A stretch of DNA of 63,236 bases, filler included, from Octopus bimaculoides (lineage: Eukaryota): assembly GCF_001194135.2 (NCBI RefSeq). It is 6 parts of 5 records of this genome, joined end to end, with 100 filler letters (N's around TTAATTAATTAA, not from the genome) between each part and the next. Parts side by side here need not be neighbours in the genome. Positions count along the whole stretch, not along the records: positions 1 to 21,312 come from NC_068981.1; 5 more parts are not named here. The stretch is one strand, 5' to 3'. Below the pieces are notes generated by a model. The model was not told the origin of the DNA. It did no database searches and saw only the letters and a list, made by a program, of their open reading frames with translations. A program made the translations under genes and the position numbers. Of the stretch, positions 1-11,015 are shown one piece after another (position 1 is the first letter of the stretch; every line of letters begins with the position of its first letter).

Positions 1-19
1 ATATATATATATGTATGTA

Positions 20-240
20 TGTGTGTGTATCTGTGTTTGTCCCCCTCTCCATCGCTTGACAACTGATGTTGGTGTGTTTACATCCCGCATAACTTAGCGT
101 TTCGGCAAACAAGAATGATAGAATAAGTACTAGGCTTACAAAGAGTAAGTCCTGGGGTCGATTTGTTCGACCAAAGGCGGTGCTCCAGCATGGCCGCAGT
201 CAAATGACTGAAACAAATAAAAGAATAGAAAAAGAATAAA
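20..240 (+). mobile_element. SINE family A (CORE-type), 3' half
   Basis: Same sequence as other window copies (GTAACTTAGC..TTCGGCAAA, GGTGCTCCAGCATGGCCGCAGTCAAATGACTGAAACAA, AAAGAAT tail); the 5' half lies upstream of the window. Confidence 0.85.
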
Positions 241-851
241 TCATCCCGATCAGAACATATCATTTTGCATTTTTGTTGTTACCATAACGACAGCGGCGGC
301 GATGACGACGACAACAATAATGATGATGATAATGATGAAAGGGAGATCTCATTATAGACCTGTGATCAAAAGTGCTCCAGTTATGACATGACAAATCATA
401 CTTTAATTTCTTTCCCTGATACTGTGTATTTAATACTACATTAACTAGCGTTGTTTTTGGCTTTCAAGATGGTAAACTGTATTTTAAGGTAAAGTTGGCT
501 GCTATAGCGGGACCAGGTTGTGATTTGAACCATAGCTCTCAGATTTTTTCCAGTTTAAAACCACAAGCTAATGCATTTCTATAGAAGGTAAAATGTTGCC
601 ATAAAAGATATTAAAGCCTATGTGACTATGACTCGACCAATCAGAACTGGCTGACCTATAGCCGTGGCAGTGAAAGAAATGTATCAGTTTTTCTGCCAGT
701 TTGGCTGAATATTCAAGAACTTTTGAGCTGACAGTAATAAAAAGTCATGTTGCTTTTTTTTTTTTTTCTTTTCAACCTTGTAGAGTAGTCTCACTTCTCT
801 CACATTGTTTAACATAATTAGCTCAAGAGCCAATGACCTTCTGTAGAAATC

Positions 852-1125
852 TGGCATTCCGTTGGTTGTAATGACTAAGGCTCCTGTTGATCCGATCTAC
901 AGAAATTAATGTGCAACTGGCTGAGAACTCCACAGACACGTGTACCCTTAACGTAGTTCTTAGAGAGATTGAGCGTGACAGACTGGGACAAGGTCAGTCC
1001 CTTTGAAATGCAGGTGCTATTCATTTTTGCCAGCTGAGTGGACTGGAGCAATGTGAAATAAAGTGTCTTGCTCAAGGACACAACGCGCCACCGAGAATCG
1101 AACAGATGTTCGTGAGCCACATGCA
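852..1125 (-). mobile_element. SINE variant: family B 3' tail joined to a CORE/V-like central segment
   Basis: The reverse complement matches the family B 3' region (GAGAACTACGTTAAGGGTACACGTGTCTGTGGAG), but upstream reads GTTCGATTCTCGG..GTGTCCTTGAGCAAGACACTT instead of the family B centre. Confidence 0.7.
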
Positions 1126-1137
1126 TTCACTAGGGAA

Positions 1138-1139
<2 letters not shown>

Positions 1140-1172
<33 letters not shown>

Positions 1173-1385
1173 CGCACGTGTTTGTGTCTGTGTTTGTCCC
1201 CCAAAACTGGTGTCGATGTGTTTACATCCCCCATAACTTAGTGGTTCGGCAAAAGAAACCGATAGAATAAATACCAGGCTTTAAAAAAAATCCTGGGGTT
1301 AATTCATTTGACTAAAAATTCTTCAAGGTGGTGCCCCAGCATGGCCACAGTCTAATGACCGAAGTAAGCAAAGGATAAAAAAATA
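1140..1385 (+). mobile_element. SINE family A, 3' half
   Basis: (TG)n followed by a diverged copy of the family A 3' module ending in an AAGGATAAAA-type tail. Confidence 0.8.
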
Positions 1386-2295
1386 AAACGTCTACACACA
1401 CAATCTTCCTGACTCGAGAACAGCCAGTGAAGAATGTCTGACTAATCATCACCACTTAGCTGCTATTTCTCAGAGGTCGAGCAGTCACCTAGAGGGGTAG
1501 GGCTCCCTCAAAGCTAAGGGTGGTAGTATGAGGAGAATGTCAGGGAATAAAGCATTATATTGTCTGTTTAGGTTCCAACGAGACTAACAGAACAGGGCGG
1601 GTCATTTAGTTACAATCAGCAGAGAAAATATTTGTGTTACACTAAATGGAACAGAAATTATTCCAACATTCTCAACAGATTCCAAGAATGCTGTCATTAT
1701 TTTTTAACCAAAATATTAATTCTGTTTCCAACATTACATTCCTCTAACGTAGCCATATTGGATTCCTTCATGTCTAAAATGTTTTCTTAACAAATTCTAA
1801 ATAATCTTAGACTAGATATTGTTATTGTTGTTTATTTAACCCTAGGTCAGAGCTCGTGGAACAAATCCTTCGTAGGCAGGAGACAATGTATCTAAGTCTG
1901 CGAAATTCAGTGACATTGGTGCTGGTCTGCACCATGAAACGGTTTAAAATTTATGTTGTTGCATGCTATACTGGAAATATCCAGATGAAAGCCTAACAAG
2001 ACAAGAAACTAGTCAAGTTGATCTTATCTTCTCTTTCAACCCACAGAGCCATGGTGTGACAGCTTTGTTTCTTTTTCCCAGGCTGTAATGTGGTAGGCTG
2101 AAATTGAACGTTAATTGAAAAAACATATCGTATACCTCAATACTTTAATGTGTGTACACGTGCAAGAGTGTGTATGTGCGTGTGTGTGTGTAATATATGC
2201 ATGTATATACGCACGCATGTGTGTGTGTATAAAGTAGAAAGCTTTTATAACGTGGTTTCTGTAATGTGTCATCTTAGTGTCGTGCACGAATAATA

Positions 2296-2666
2296 CAGGG
2301 TGTCCACAAAGTCTGGGTACTTGGGGATTAACACATGCTTTTAAAACAAAACAATTTTATTTAATTTTAATGTTAATAAATAATATTTTCAAAATGATTT
2401 CCATCATTTTCAATGCATAACTTGATGCACCTTACAAAATTCAGGTGAACTCGATTAAATAAGTCTACATTGCCATCAATTTCAGCACACTGACTGGTAA
2501 TGTGTTCTCTCATGTGGTTTAAATCTGTAATCTTTACTGAGTAAACTTTCTCTTTCAACATACCCCAGAAAAAGAAGTCAAGGGGAGAAAGGTCTGGTGA
2601 GCGAGGGGATTTTATTATGTTATGATTTTTATTTATTCCATGTACCCAGACTTTGTGGACACCCTG
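2296..2666 (-). mobile_element. Internally deleted mariner-type DNA transposon (371 bp)
   Basis: Perfect 25-bp TIRs CAGGGTGTCCACAAAGTCTGGGTAC (2296-2320, 2642-2666), TA TSD on both sides, and a transposase C-terminus on the minus strand: SPRSPDLSPLDFFFWGMLKEKVY...CIENDGNHFE. Confidence 0.92.
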
Positions 2667-2689
2667 TAGTATGATACACAATACCACGG

Positions 2690-4235
2690 AACAGGGTAAG
2701 GCACCAACTGTCACCTTCAGTGTTTCTTTCATCTTCGCAATGAATTTGTCTTTCTCCGATTTTATATCTTGAACAGTTCCTGGCAGCTCCCGAATGACGT
2801 TACACAAAATGTTTTTTTTATTTCATTTTCCGCTCACAACGTGGCAATCACAGTATCTTCAAATACTTCTGTATTTTTTGCAATTAGCCCTGATAAACAA
2901 TTCTCATAGCCTAACCTCATCGATGGTAGATACTTCATCGTAAAGTCGTAATTCAACAATATCGTACCTAGTGTTGTCACCTACTTGCATCATGGGTAAG
3001 AATTCCTTTCTTCGAACCAAAAATTTATAATAATGCTTGGTGATCAGTTTGTATCCGAAAACTTCTACCGTGAAATTTCTTCATAGCCAAAATGATCACT
3101 AGAGCTTCTTTCTCTATTTGACTACAGTTTTTCTCTGCCGCTATCAGAGAACGTGAGGCATGAACCACTGCCTTCATATTACCCTCTTTATATCTGTGTA
3201 GCATTACTGCTCCTATGCCGTATTCAGAAGCTACAACAATCTCTGCTGCAGGGTCGAAACGCGCCAGCGTCAAATCCGATATTAATATTTTTTAAACGTC
3301 GTCAAATATTTGACCAATTCCACTTCACATCCTTTTTTGATAAATTATTTAGTGGAGCTCTCAATTCATGCATATTTGTTGTATAATTTTGATAATAATT
3401 CGCTAGACCTAGCAAGGCTTGTAAGGCCGTCGTCCATTCCTGTCGATAATTTGTCCTAAATATTTAATTTCAGGTAAAAAAAAAATCAAAAAAAAATCAC
3501 ATTTTTCCTCACTCAGTGTGAAATCGTAATCTTTTATCAAAAACACATTTAGCATTCTCGACATGCTGATCACTTTTAATTAATATATCATTCAGGTATT
3601 CTTTTATTCTTTTACTTCTTTCAGTCATTTGACTGCGGCCATGCTGGAGCACCGCCTTTAGTCGAGCAAATCGACCCCAGGACTTATTCTTTGTAAGCCT
3701 AGTACTTATTCTATCGGTCTCTTGCCGAACTGCTAAGTTACGGGGACGTAAACACGCCAGCATCGGTTGTCAAGCGATGTTGGGCGGAGACAAACACAGA
3801 CATACAAACATATACACACACACACACACACATATATATAAATATATATACGACGGGCTTCTTTCAGTTTCCGTCTACCAAATCCACTCATAAGGCTTTG
3901 GTCGACCCGAGGCTATAGTAGAAGACACTTGCCCAATGTGCCACGCAGTGGGACTGAACCCGGAACCATGTGGTTGGTAAGCAAGCTACTTACCACACAG
4001 CCATTCCTGCGTATGTGAATTGTGAATTCACAGTCTGCTAACATTGCATCCATAACTTGTTGAAAAATTGCAAGTGTAACCTTTAAACCAAATGGTAATC
4101 TGTTGTATTTATATAGTCCTTTATGCGTTTTCACTGTTAGGCATTTTGAACATTCCTTGTCTACTCTAATTTGTAGGTACGCATCGGAGAGATCCAGTTT
4201 CGAAAATATCTTGCCTCTGTTTAACTTCACAACGA
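2690..4235 (-). pseudogene. pol: Decayed Ty3/Gypsy pol fragment (RT, RNase H, connection), interrupted by a SINE
   Basis: RT motifs KIFSKLDLSDAYLQI..KGLYKYNRLPFGLK..IFQQVMD (3913-4230) and YLNDILI (~3598 downward); RNase H YGIGAV..ASRSLIAAEKNCSQIEKEAL..FRIQTDHQALL (3025-3273); CNVIRELP (~2800). Stops and frameshifts throughout. Confidence 0.9.
3604..4011 (-). mobile_element. SINE family A, full length
   Basis: tRNA-like head (GGCTGTGTGGTAAG; GGTTCAGTCCC), CORE-like TTGGGCAAGTGTCTT, internal (TG/TA)n and AAAGAAT tail; sits inside the Gypsy RT. Confidence 0.9.
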
Positions 4236-4674
4236 ACTATAACAACTTCTCAACAATTTCCTGCGAATCCACAAACTCACGAACGACACCTTTCGACGAA
4301 TTCAGCTAGTCCATTCTCACAGTGGGGTGTCACGCTCCTCACCATGACACAAGCCATTGCACATACAATGATTATCATCTATAAGAAATGAAACCGGTTT
4401 TGTAATCATGGACTTTGAAGAGTTTTAAAAAAAAATTATTTGAATGTCCTTTGGAGTTAATAATCTTGAAAAGATTTGATTGTAACAATGTATTTTGGAT
4501 ATGATAAATTTCGGAAGACTATTATTATTATTATTGTTATTATTATTATTAAAATACAATATTACCGATTGGTTCCATGCCAGAAGTTGAGAAATGACTA
4601 AGAGGTAGACTAGTATGGCCTGGACCCTTTGAAACAGTGACAAAGAACCCATGCCATATTATTCCTCTCAGCCA

Positions 4675-4903
4675 TCTCCTTAAACAACCCTTATTCATTG
4701 ACCTTTTGAGCAAGATGGGCTACTCGACCTGAAGAAAATTCTAACTTGGCCCCACCTGCAAGGTCATGCGCTGTTTATTTTGATATGAGATCACAAGTCA
4801 CGCACATATGGTTGTGATGCATGTGCCTGGTGTACCCTTATCAGATGGGTAGTCATGTTGGGTATAATGAGCTTCGTATATTTTACCCCAGTCTCACTCA
4901 CTC
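4675..4903 (+). repeat. Dispersed repeat family D, 3' part with (AAT)n tail
   Basis: Close copy of 5535-5783, ending CTCACTC followed by AATAATAAT. Confidence 0.85.
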
Positions 4904-5121
4904 AATAATAATGATGATGGTAATTTCTTTTTATTAACCACGTGGGTTTACATTAACAAAAAATTATGGACAGTACAGGACAAAACAAATAAGTGTATGT
5001 GTGTGTGTATGAGTGGGTGTTGTTGATAATAATAATGTTTCCAATTTTTGGAACAAGGCGAGCAGCGACTCCAGTGATCGACTGGTACCGATTTTATCGA
5101 TCCCAAATGGATTAAAGGCAA

Positions 5122-5153
<32 letters not shown>

Positions 5154-5235
5154 TAATAATGATAATAATGATAATAATAATTAATAATAATAATGATGAT
5201 GATGATGATGATGATGATGTCGATGATAATGTCTG

Positions 5236-5783
5236 GATGCAGTACCAGGCAGCGGCTCTCATGGCTTTTGATCTTAACTGATTGGAAGTGTTATCATGTA
5301 CATTGTTTTGTCTTGGTATAAAAAGATGGGCTACAGCAAATATTCTGCTTAATACCACAGATTTGCTTGTCAGTTGTTTGACCTTAACCAGTTGAGCATG
5401 TCCCTTGGTGGCTGACGATATGTGCATCTCTGATCATGGGCAGAAGTAGTGGGGGAGCATCATAGCCATGTGTTGAGAGGAATTCTTTGGGGTTTGAATA
5501 ATTCACCCCTGGAAACATGGGTGTTTTGCTCAACATCCTTAAACAAACCTTATTCAGGGACCTTTTGAGCGGGATGGGCTACTCGACCTGAAGAAAATTC
5601 TAACTGGGCCCCACCTGCGAGGTCATGTGCTGTTTATCTTGATATAAGGCCACCATGTCGCACATATGGTTGTGATGCATGTGCCTGGTGTACCCTTATC
5701 AGATGGGTAGTCATGATGGGTATAATGGGCTTCGTATATTTTACCCCAGTGTCACTTTGATGGCATGCACTGCTCTCTCACTC
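5236..5783 (+). repeat. Dispersed repeat family D (~550 bp, probable retroposon, unclassified)
   Basis: Three copies in the window (4675, 5236, inverted at 39396); 3' (AAT)n tail; no ORF. Confidence 0.8.
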
Positions 5784-6929
5784 AATAATAATAAAAGTAA
5801 TAATATACCCATTTTCTAAATTGATATATGAGTGTATTTCTGTTGGGTTTTTGTTTTTGCCTCCTATGTATGCATGTATGTATGTATGTTTGTATGTACA
5901 CACACGCACGCGCACATACACACCCACACACACAGACACATACACACACACTGTATCATCGCCCACTGGCGCTAGTTAAATAGATTGAGTATACACAAAA
6001 TGGAATGTCAGTCTGGCGAAAAGTACTATCAGGGTGTGTGTGTGTGTGTGTATGNNNNNNNNNNNNNNNNNNNNNNNNNNNNNNNNNNNNNNNNNNNNNN
6101 NNNNNNNNNNNNNNNNNNNNNNNNNNNNNNNNNNNNNNNNNNNNNNNNNNNNNNNNNNNNNNNNNNNNNNNNNNNNNNNNNNNNNNNNNNNNNNNNNNNN
6201 NNNNNNNNNNNNNNNNNNNNNNNNNNNNNNNNNNNNNNNNNNNNNNNNNNNNNNNNNNNNNNNNNNNNNNNNNNNNNNNNNNNNNNNNNNNNNNNNNNNN
6301 NNNNNNNNNNNNNNNNNNNNNNNNNNNNNNNNNNNNNNNNNNNNNNNNNNNNNNNNNNNNNNNNNNNNNNNNNNNNNNNNNNNNNNNNNNNNNNNNNNNN
6401 NNNNNNNNNNNNNNNNNNNNNNNNNNNNNNNNNNNNNNNNNNNNNNNNNNNNNNNNNNNNNNNNNNNNNNNNNNNNNNNNNNNNNNNNNNNNNNNNNNNN
6501 NNNNNNNNNNNNNNNNNNNNNNNNNNNNNNNNNNNNNNNNNNNNNNNNNNNNNNNNNNNNNNNNNNNNNNNNNNNNNNNNNNNNNNNNNNNNNNNNNNNN
6601 NNNNNNNNNNNNNNNNNNNNNNNNNNNNNNNNNNNNNNNNNNNNNNNNNNNNNNNNNNNNNNNNNNNNNNNNNNNNNNNNNNNNNNNNNNNNNNNNNNNN
6701 NNNNNNNNNNNNNNNNNNNNNNNNNNNNNNNNNNNNNNNNNNNNNNNNNNNNNNNNNNNNNNNNNNNNNNNNNNNNNNNNNNNNNNNNNNNNNNNNNNNN
6801 NNNNNNNNNNNNNNNNNNNNNNNNNNNNNNNNNNNNNNNNNNNNNNNNNNNNNNNNNNNNNNNNNNNNNNNNNNNNNNNNNNNNNNNNNNNNNNNNNNNN
6901 NNNNNNNNNNNNNNNNNNNNNNNNNNNNN

Positions 6930-6985
6930 GGTCTGGGAATCGAAACCGCGATCATATGCCCTAACCACTGGGCCATTGCACCTCC
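6930..6985 (-). mobile_element. SINE family B, tRNA-like 5' head (rest lost in N gap)
   Basis: The reverse complement GGAGGTGCAATGGCCCAGTGGTTAGGGCA..GCGGTTTCGATTCCCAGAC matches the head of the 23138 and 50961 copies. Confidence 0.85.
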
Positions 6986-7182
6986 ACTATTACAATATAT
7001 ACACACACACACACGTGTGTGTGTGTGTGTGTACGAAAGTTAAGGAATGGAGTAGACAAGATGCAGCCTATATATGTTTCATAGCGAGCGGAACTTCAGA
7101 AGTGGTAAATATCCAAGCGAGGTGTATACCGCAGGCTACTCTTCAGGCCATCGAATGTGTTGACCTGTATCTCCAAACGACA

Positions 7183-7292
7183 ATGTGTGTGTCTGTGACC
7201 CACCGCCGCTTGTGAACCAGTGTCGGTGCGTTTACGACCCTGTAACTTAGCGGTTCGGCCAAAGACTGAAACAAGTGAAAGATAAAAGAAAG
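7183..7292 (+). mobile_element. SINE family A, truncated 3' part
   Basis: GCGTTTACGACCCTGTAACTTAGCGGTTCGGC..GACTGAAACAAGTGAAAG. Confidence 0.7.
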
Positions 7293-7514
7293 ATAAAGCA
7301 GGCATAGACAATCTTTGTCGAGAAGGGGACGCATAAGATAAGGCAGGCTGCACTACTTAAACATATGAAAAGCAATATTTCGTTGTGGGTGCCTGCGGGC
7401 CGCAGGTTGCCTAAGACTATTTTGAAATAATAAATCACCCAAACATCAAAATATATTAAACGCGCTGTCCTGGAAATTATCGCCATCAACTACATGCGCC
7501 TGAATCTTGTAAGC

Positions 7515-8405
7515 CAATGCTACTCAAAATGGTGGCCCGCGGACCGGTGCTAGTCCGTGAGCCATCAGCTGCTGGTACGCGGTGAGTTTCCTGAAAAGAA
7601 AGAAACATTATAAAATGCTTATGGAACATTGTATTATTTGTTTCCAAAATAAATATAAGATAAAAAAAATTGTCACCTTTTATTATATTCATTATATACC
7701 GTAAATCCTCGAGTATAATCCGCACTTTTTCCCCAAAATTTAAAGGTCAAAATTTCTCGTGCGTACTATATACGAGGTTAAAAATGAAAAATATTTTCTA
7801 AGCAAAATTTTCTGAGTGATAAATATGTAAAGGCAATTTACTTAATATTTATTTTTCACTGACTTTATTACTGTTATTTCTTTATTTTCTGCAAAGTGCA
7901 CAAAAAAGCTACACGTTTGCATTATGTTATATATACAATANNNNNNNNNNCAGCCCCCTAAAATTCCCCTGCGTATTATACTCAAGGGCGGACTATACTC
8001 GAGGATTTATGGTATATATTGCAGCGTGGAAGGTGTTTATAAGCCATTTAGAAACACACAAAAACCGTTAGATTCAATATTTTCGTCACTGCGGAATTTT
8101 GTCAGTGAACAGGTCGCGGTTTCAAAGCGACGAAAATATTTTAAAACAAATTAAATTTAAATGTTGAAATGAATCTAATGGTTTCTGTGTGTTTTTAAAT
8201 AGCTTATAAACACTTTCCACGCTGTAATTGTTTTTGTTTTAGCACACGATCTCAGATCAGGTCACTTGCTATGCAAGTACATCTCCGTAATTATATATAT
8301 TGTTTCCAGTATAAATTAATATTACTAAGAAATATTACCGGTCACTGGCACACTGGTGGGGAGGGAACTGCCGGTACGCCACATCAGATAGTTTGAGAAG
8401 CACTG
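7515..8405. mobile_element. Non-autonomous hAT (Charlie-like) DNA transposon
   Basis: TIRs CAATGCTACTCAAA / TTTGAGAAGCACTG (12 of 14 match); exact 8-bp TSD TTGTAAGC at 7507-7514 and 8406-8413. Confidence 0.9.
7699..8012. mobile_element. Tc1/mariner-superfamily MITE nested in the hAT element
   Basis: 25-bp TIRs CCGTAAATCCTCGAGTATAATCCGC versus CCATAAATCCTCGAGTATAGTCCGC (23 of 25); TA on both flanks. Confidence 0.88.
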
Positions 8406-9184
8406 TTGTAAGCCTCTTGTTAAATGTACCCAGGAGGCGGAAGGTGGGGGTTAGATGGAGCAGCACTAGGGAGGTTTTCTTGTTAGACTCACTGTTCCCT
8501 CTGCCTTACTATTATTGGTCGTTTGCAGTTCAGTGGAAGCAGGGTCAGTTCTCAGACATGTTGCCTTCATTGAGGCTACCGAAGCCATGTCCGTGGAGGG
8601 TGGGGGAGGTGTGTGTGTGTGTTTGAATATGTACATTATTTCGCAACATTCGCCAGGTCGGAAATCTCACCAGATGAAGACACAGGTTTGTGTAGTTGTA
8701 ATGTCTTTGACAGATGGTGTTTGGCAGTGTTACTGTCATCACTGGCACCATCACCATCGTCACAACCACCACCACCACCACCACCATCACGACCACGACC
8801 ACCATCATCATCATCAACACATCCTCTGTTGAGTCAACGCGAGAACCTCTATGTGATCGCTCGACCTGCTAGAAATAGCAACGAATTCTTCCGAAAAATT
8901 ACAAGAGAGATTCCTCGGGCAACCGTATAGACTCCTCCCCCCACCACCACCACTGGCAATGTAGAATCTGAAGGGATGGTCACAGCCGGAACATATTCGA
9001 TTCATAAGTCCGATTGCATCAGAACTGACCAGAGGCTAAACAACAGCAACACCAACACCAACCACAACCACCATCACCTTCACCATCTTCATCCCCCATT
9101 GGACCCACCCCACCCCCACCTCCATCCATCAATTCATCGATTGTCGGATGCCTGTAGCCAAAGTCGGTAGCACTTCTAAAGTAG

Positions 9185-9541
9185 GTGACGGTCGTAGTGG
9201 TGGTGGTGGTGGCGGTGGTGGTAGTCGTGGTGGTGGTGGTGGTGGTGATAGTGTCTATGATGGTGCTGCTAATGCTGATGATGACGATGATGACGATGAT
9301 GATGATGATGATCATAACGATGATTATGATGATGATGATAACTATGATGATGACGATGATGATGATGACGACGACGATGATGACGATGATGATGATGATA
9401 GTGGTGATGATGGTGATAACGATGATGATGACGATGATGATGATGGTGATGACGATGATGATGATGACGATGATGATGATGATGATCACAGCAATGACGA
9501 CGATGATGATGGTGATGATGGTGGTAAAAGGTGGTGGTGGT
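9185..9541. repeat. Compound imperfect (GGT)n-(GAT/GAC)n microsatellite
   Basis: Direct reading of trinucleotide tracts. Confidence 0.95.
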
Positions 9542-10457
9542 GAGAGGTGAATGGGTCGAACACTTTCCAAGACCGACTGTAAACAACAGCAACAGCAAGA
9601 ACATGGAGTGCTGTGGATGGAATGCTGTTGTCGAGGGTGAATCATTGAGTAGTGGTGGCGGGTCAGGTGGGGGTCAGGCGAGGGTCAGGTGGGGGTCAGG
9701 TCATTGATGAGGACTGCGGTGAGGTCAAACTGTTTGAAATAGGGGTCTTTGTTGTGGTTAGAGTTAAACCGGGTTTACTTATCCACACTTGAAGGGTGGA
9801 TGAGGGGAAAGAGAGAGAGAGAGAGGGGCCGTGTATGGGGTTGTGAGAGGAGTGACATGGCGAGAGGAGGAGGAGAGGGAGAGAGAGAGAGAGAGAGGGG
9901 ACAGTGGAAGAGAGAGAGACGGGTACACAGATGGAAAGCGAATGCTGTGAGGGTGGAAGACGATTGGAGGGGTGCAGACAAGAATTAAGGAAAGTAAAGA
10001 AAAAGAAGAAAGATTTGATGATGAAGGAATCAAATAAAATATTTTGAAATTCCTAAAAGAAAGAGAAAGAAAGAGAGGAAGAAAAAGAAGGAGAAAAAGA
10101 ATTGAAAACAAACGAAAATCTATGAAAAAGTAGAGACCCAAAGCGGAGAAAAGGTGGATAGTGAGAGTGAGAGGGGGAGTTATAGTGAGAGTGAGAGGGA
10201 GGGAACGATAGTTGGAGAAAGGAAGGAAGTGATAGTGTGACGGAGAGGAGGGAGTGTGAACTGAGAGAGAGAAAGTGACGGAGATGGTAAATGAGAGGAA
10301 GAGAGAATAGGGAGGGAAGGGGAAGGTAGAAGAGGCAAGAAGAAGGAATGTTGAGTTGATGTTTCTGTCCCAGTTTATTGACAACAGCGATGTTGTTATT
10401 AAGGCGCAATGAATGTCTTAAATATCAGTTTATCTCTTTATCTTGTCAGTCTCTCTA

Positions 10458-10459
<2 letters not shown>

Positions 10460-10546
<87 letters not shown>

Positions 10547-10580
10547 GAGAGAGAGAGAGAGTGAGAGAGAGAGTGAGAGA
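10460..10580. repeat. (AG)n microsatellite
   Basis: Direct reading; follows a purine-rich low-complexity tract at ~9800-10350. Confidence 0.95.
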
Positions 10581-10707
10581 AGACAATGTATACAAGTGAA
10601 TATACATTATATATATATATATTATATATATCTGTGTGTGTGTGTGAGTGTGTTTGTATATATATATATATAAAACATAAATAATATATAAATATATGCA
10701 TATATCC

Positions 10708-10740
<33 letters not shown>

Positions 10741-10984
10741 TACCTACATCTATATGTATACATACATGCATATATGGATACAGGACATCACAAAAAACAC
10801 AATGAGAAACCAAACCATAAGGACGTATACATACATACATACATACATATATATATACATTCATACACTTATGTTTTATTAATATTCAGAAGTATCAGCT
10901 ATACATACATACACACACACACACATACACACACACACACACATATATTCATACACTTATTCTTTATTAATATTCAGAAGTATC

Positions 10985-11015
<31 letters not shown>

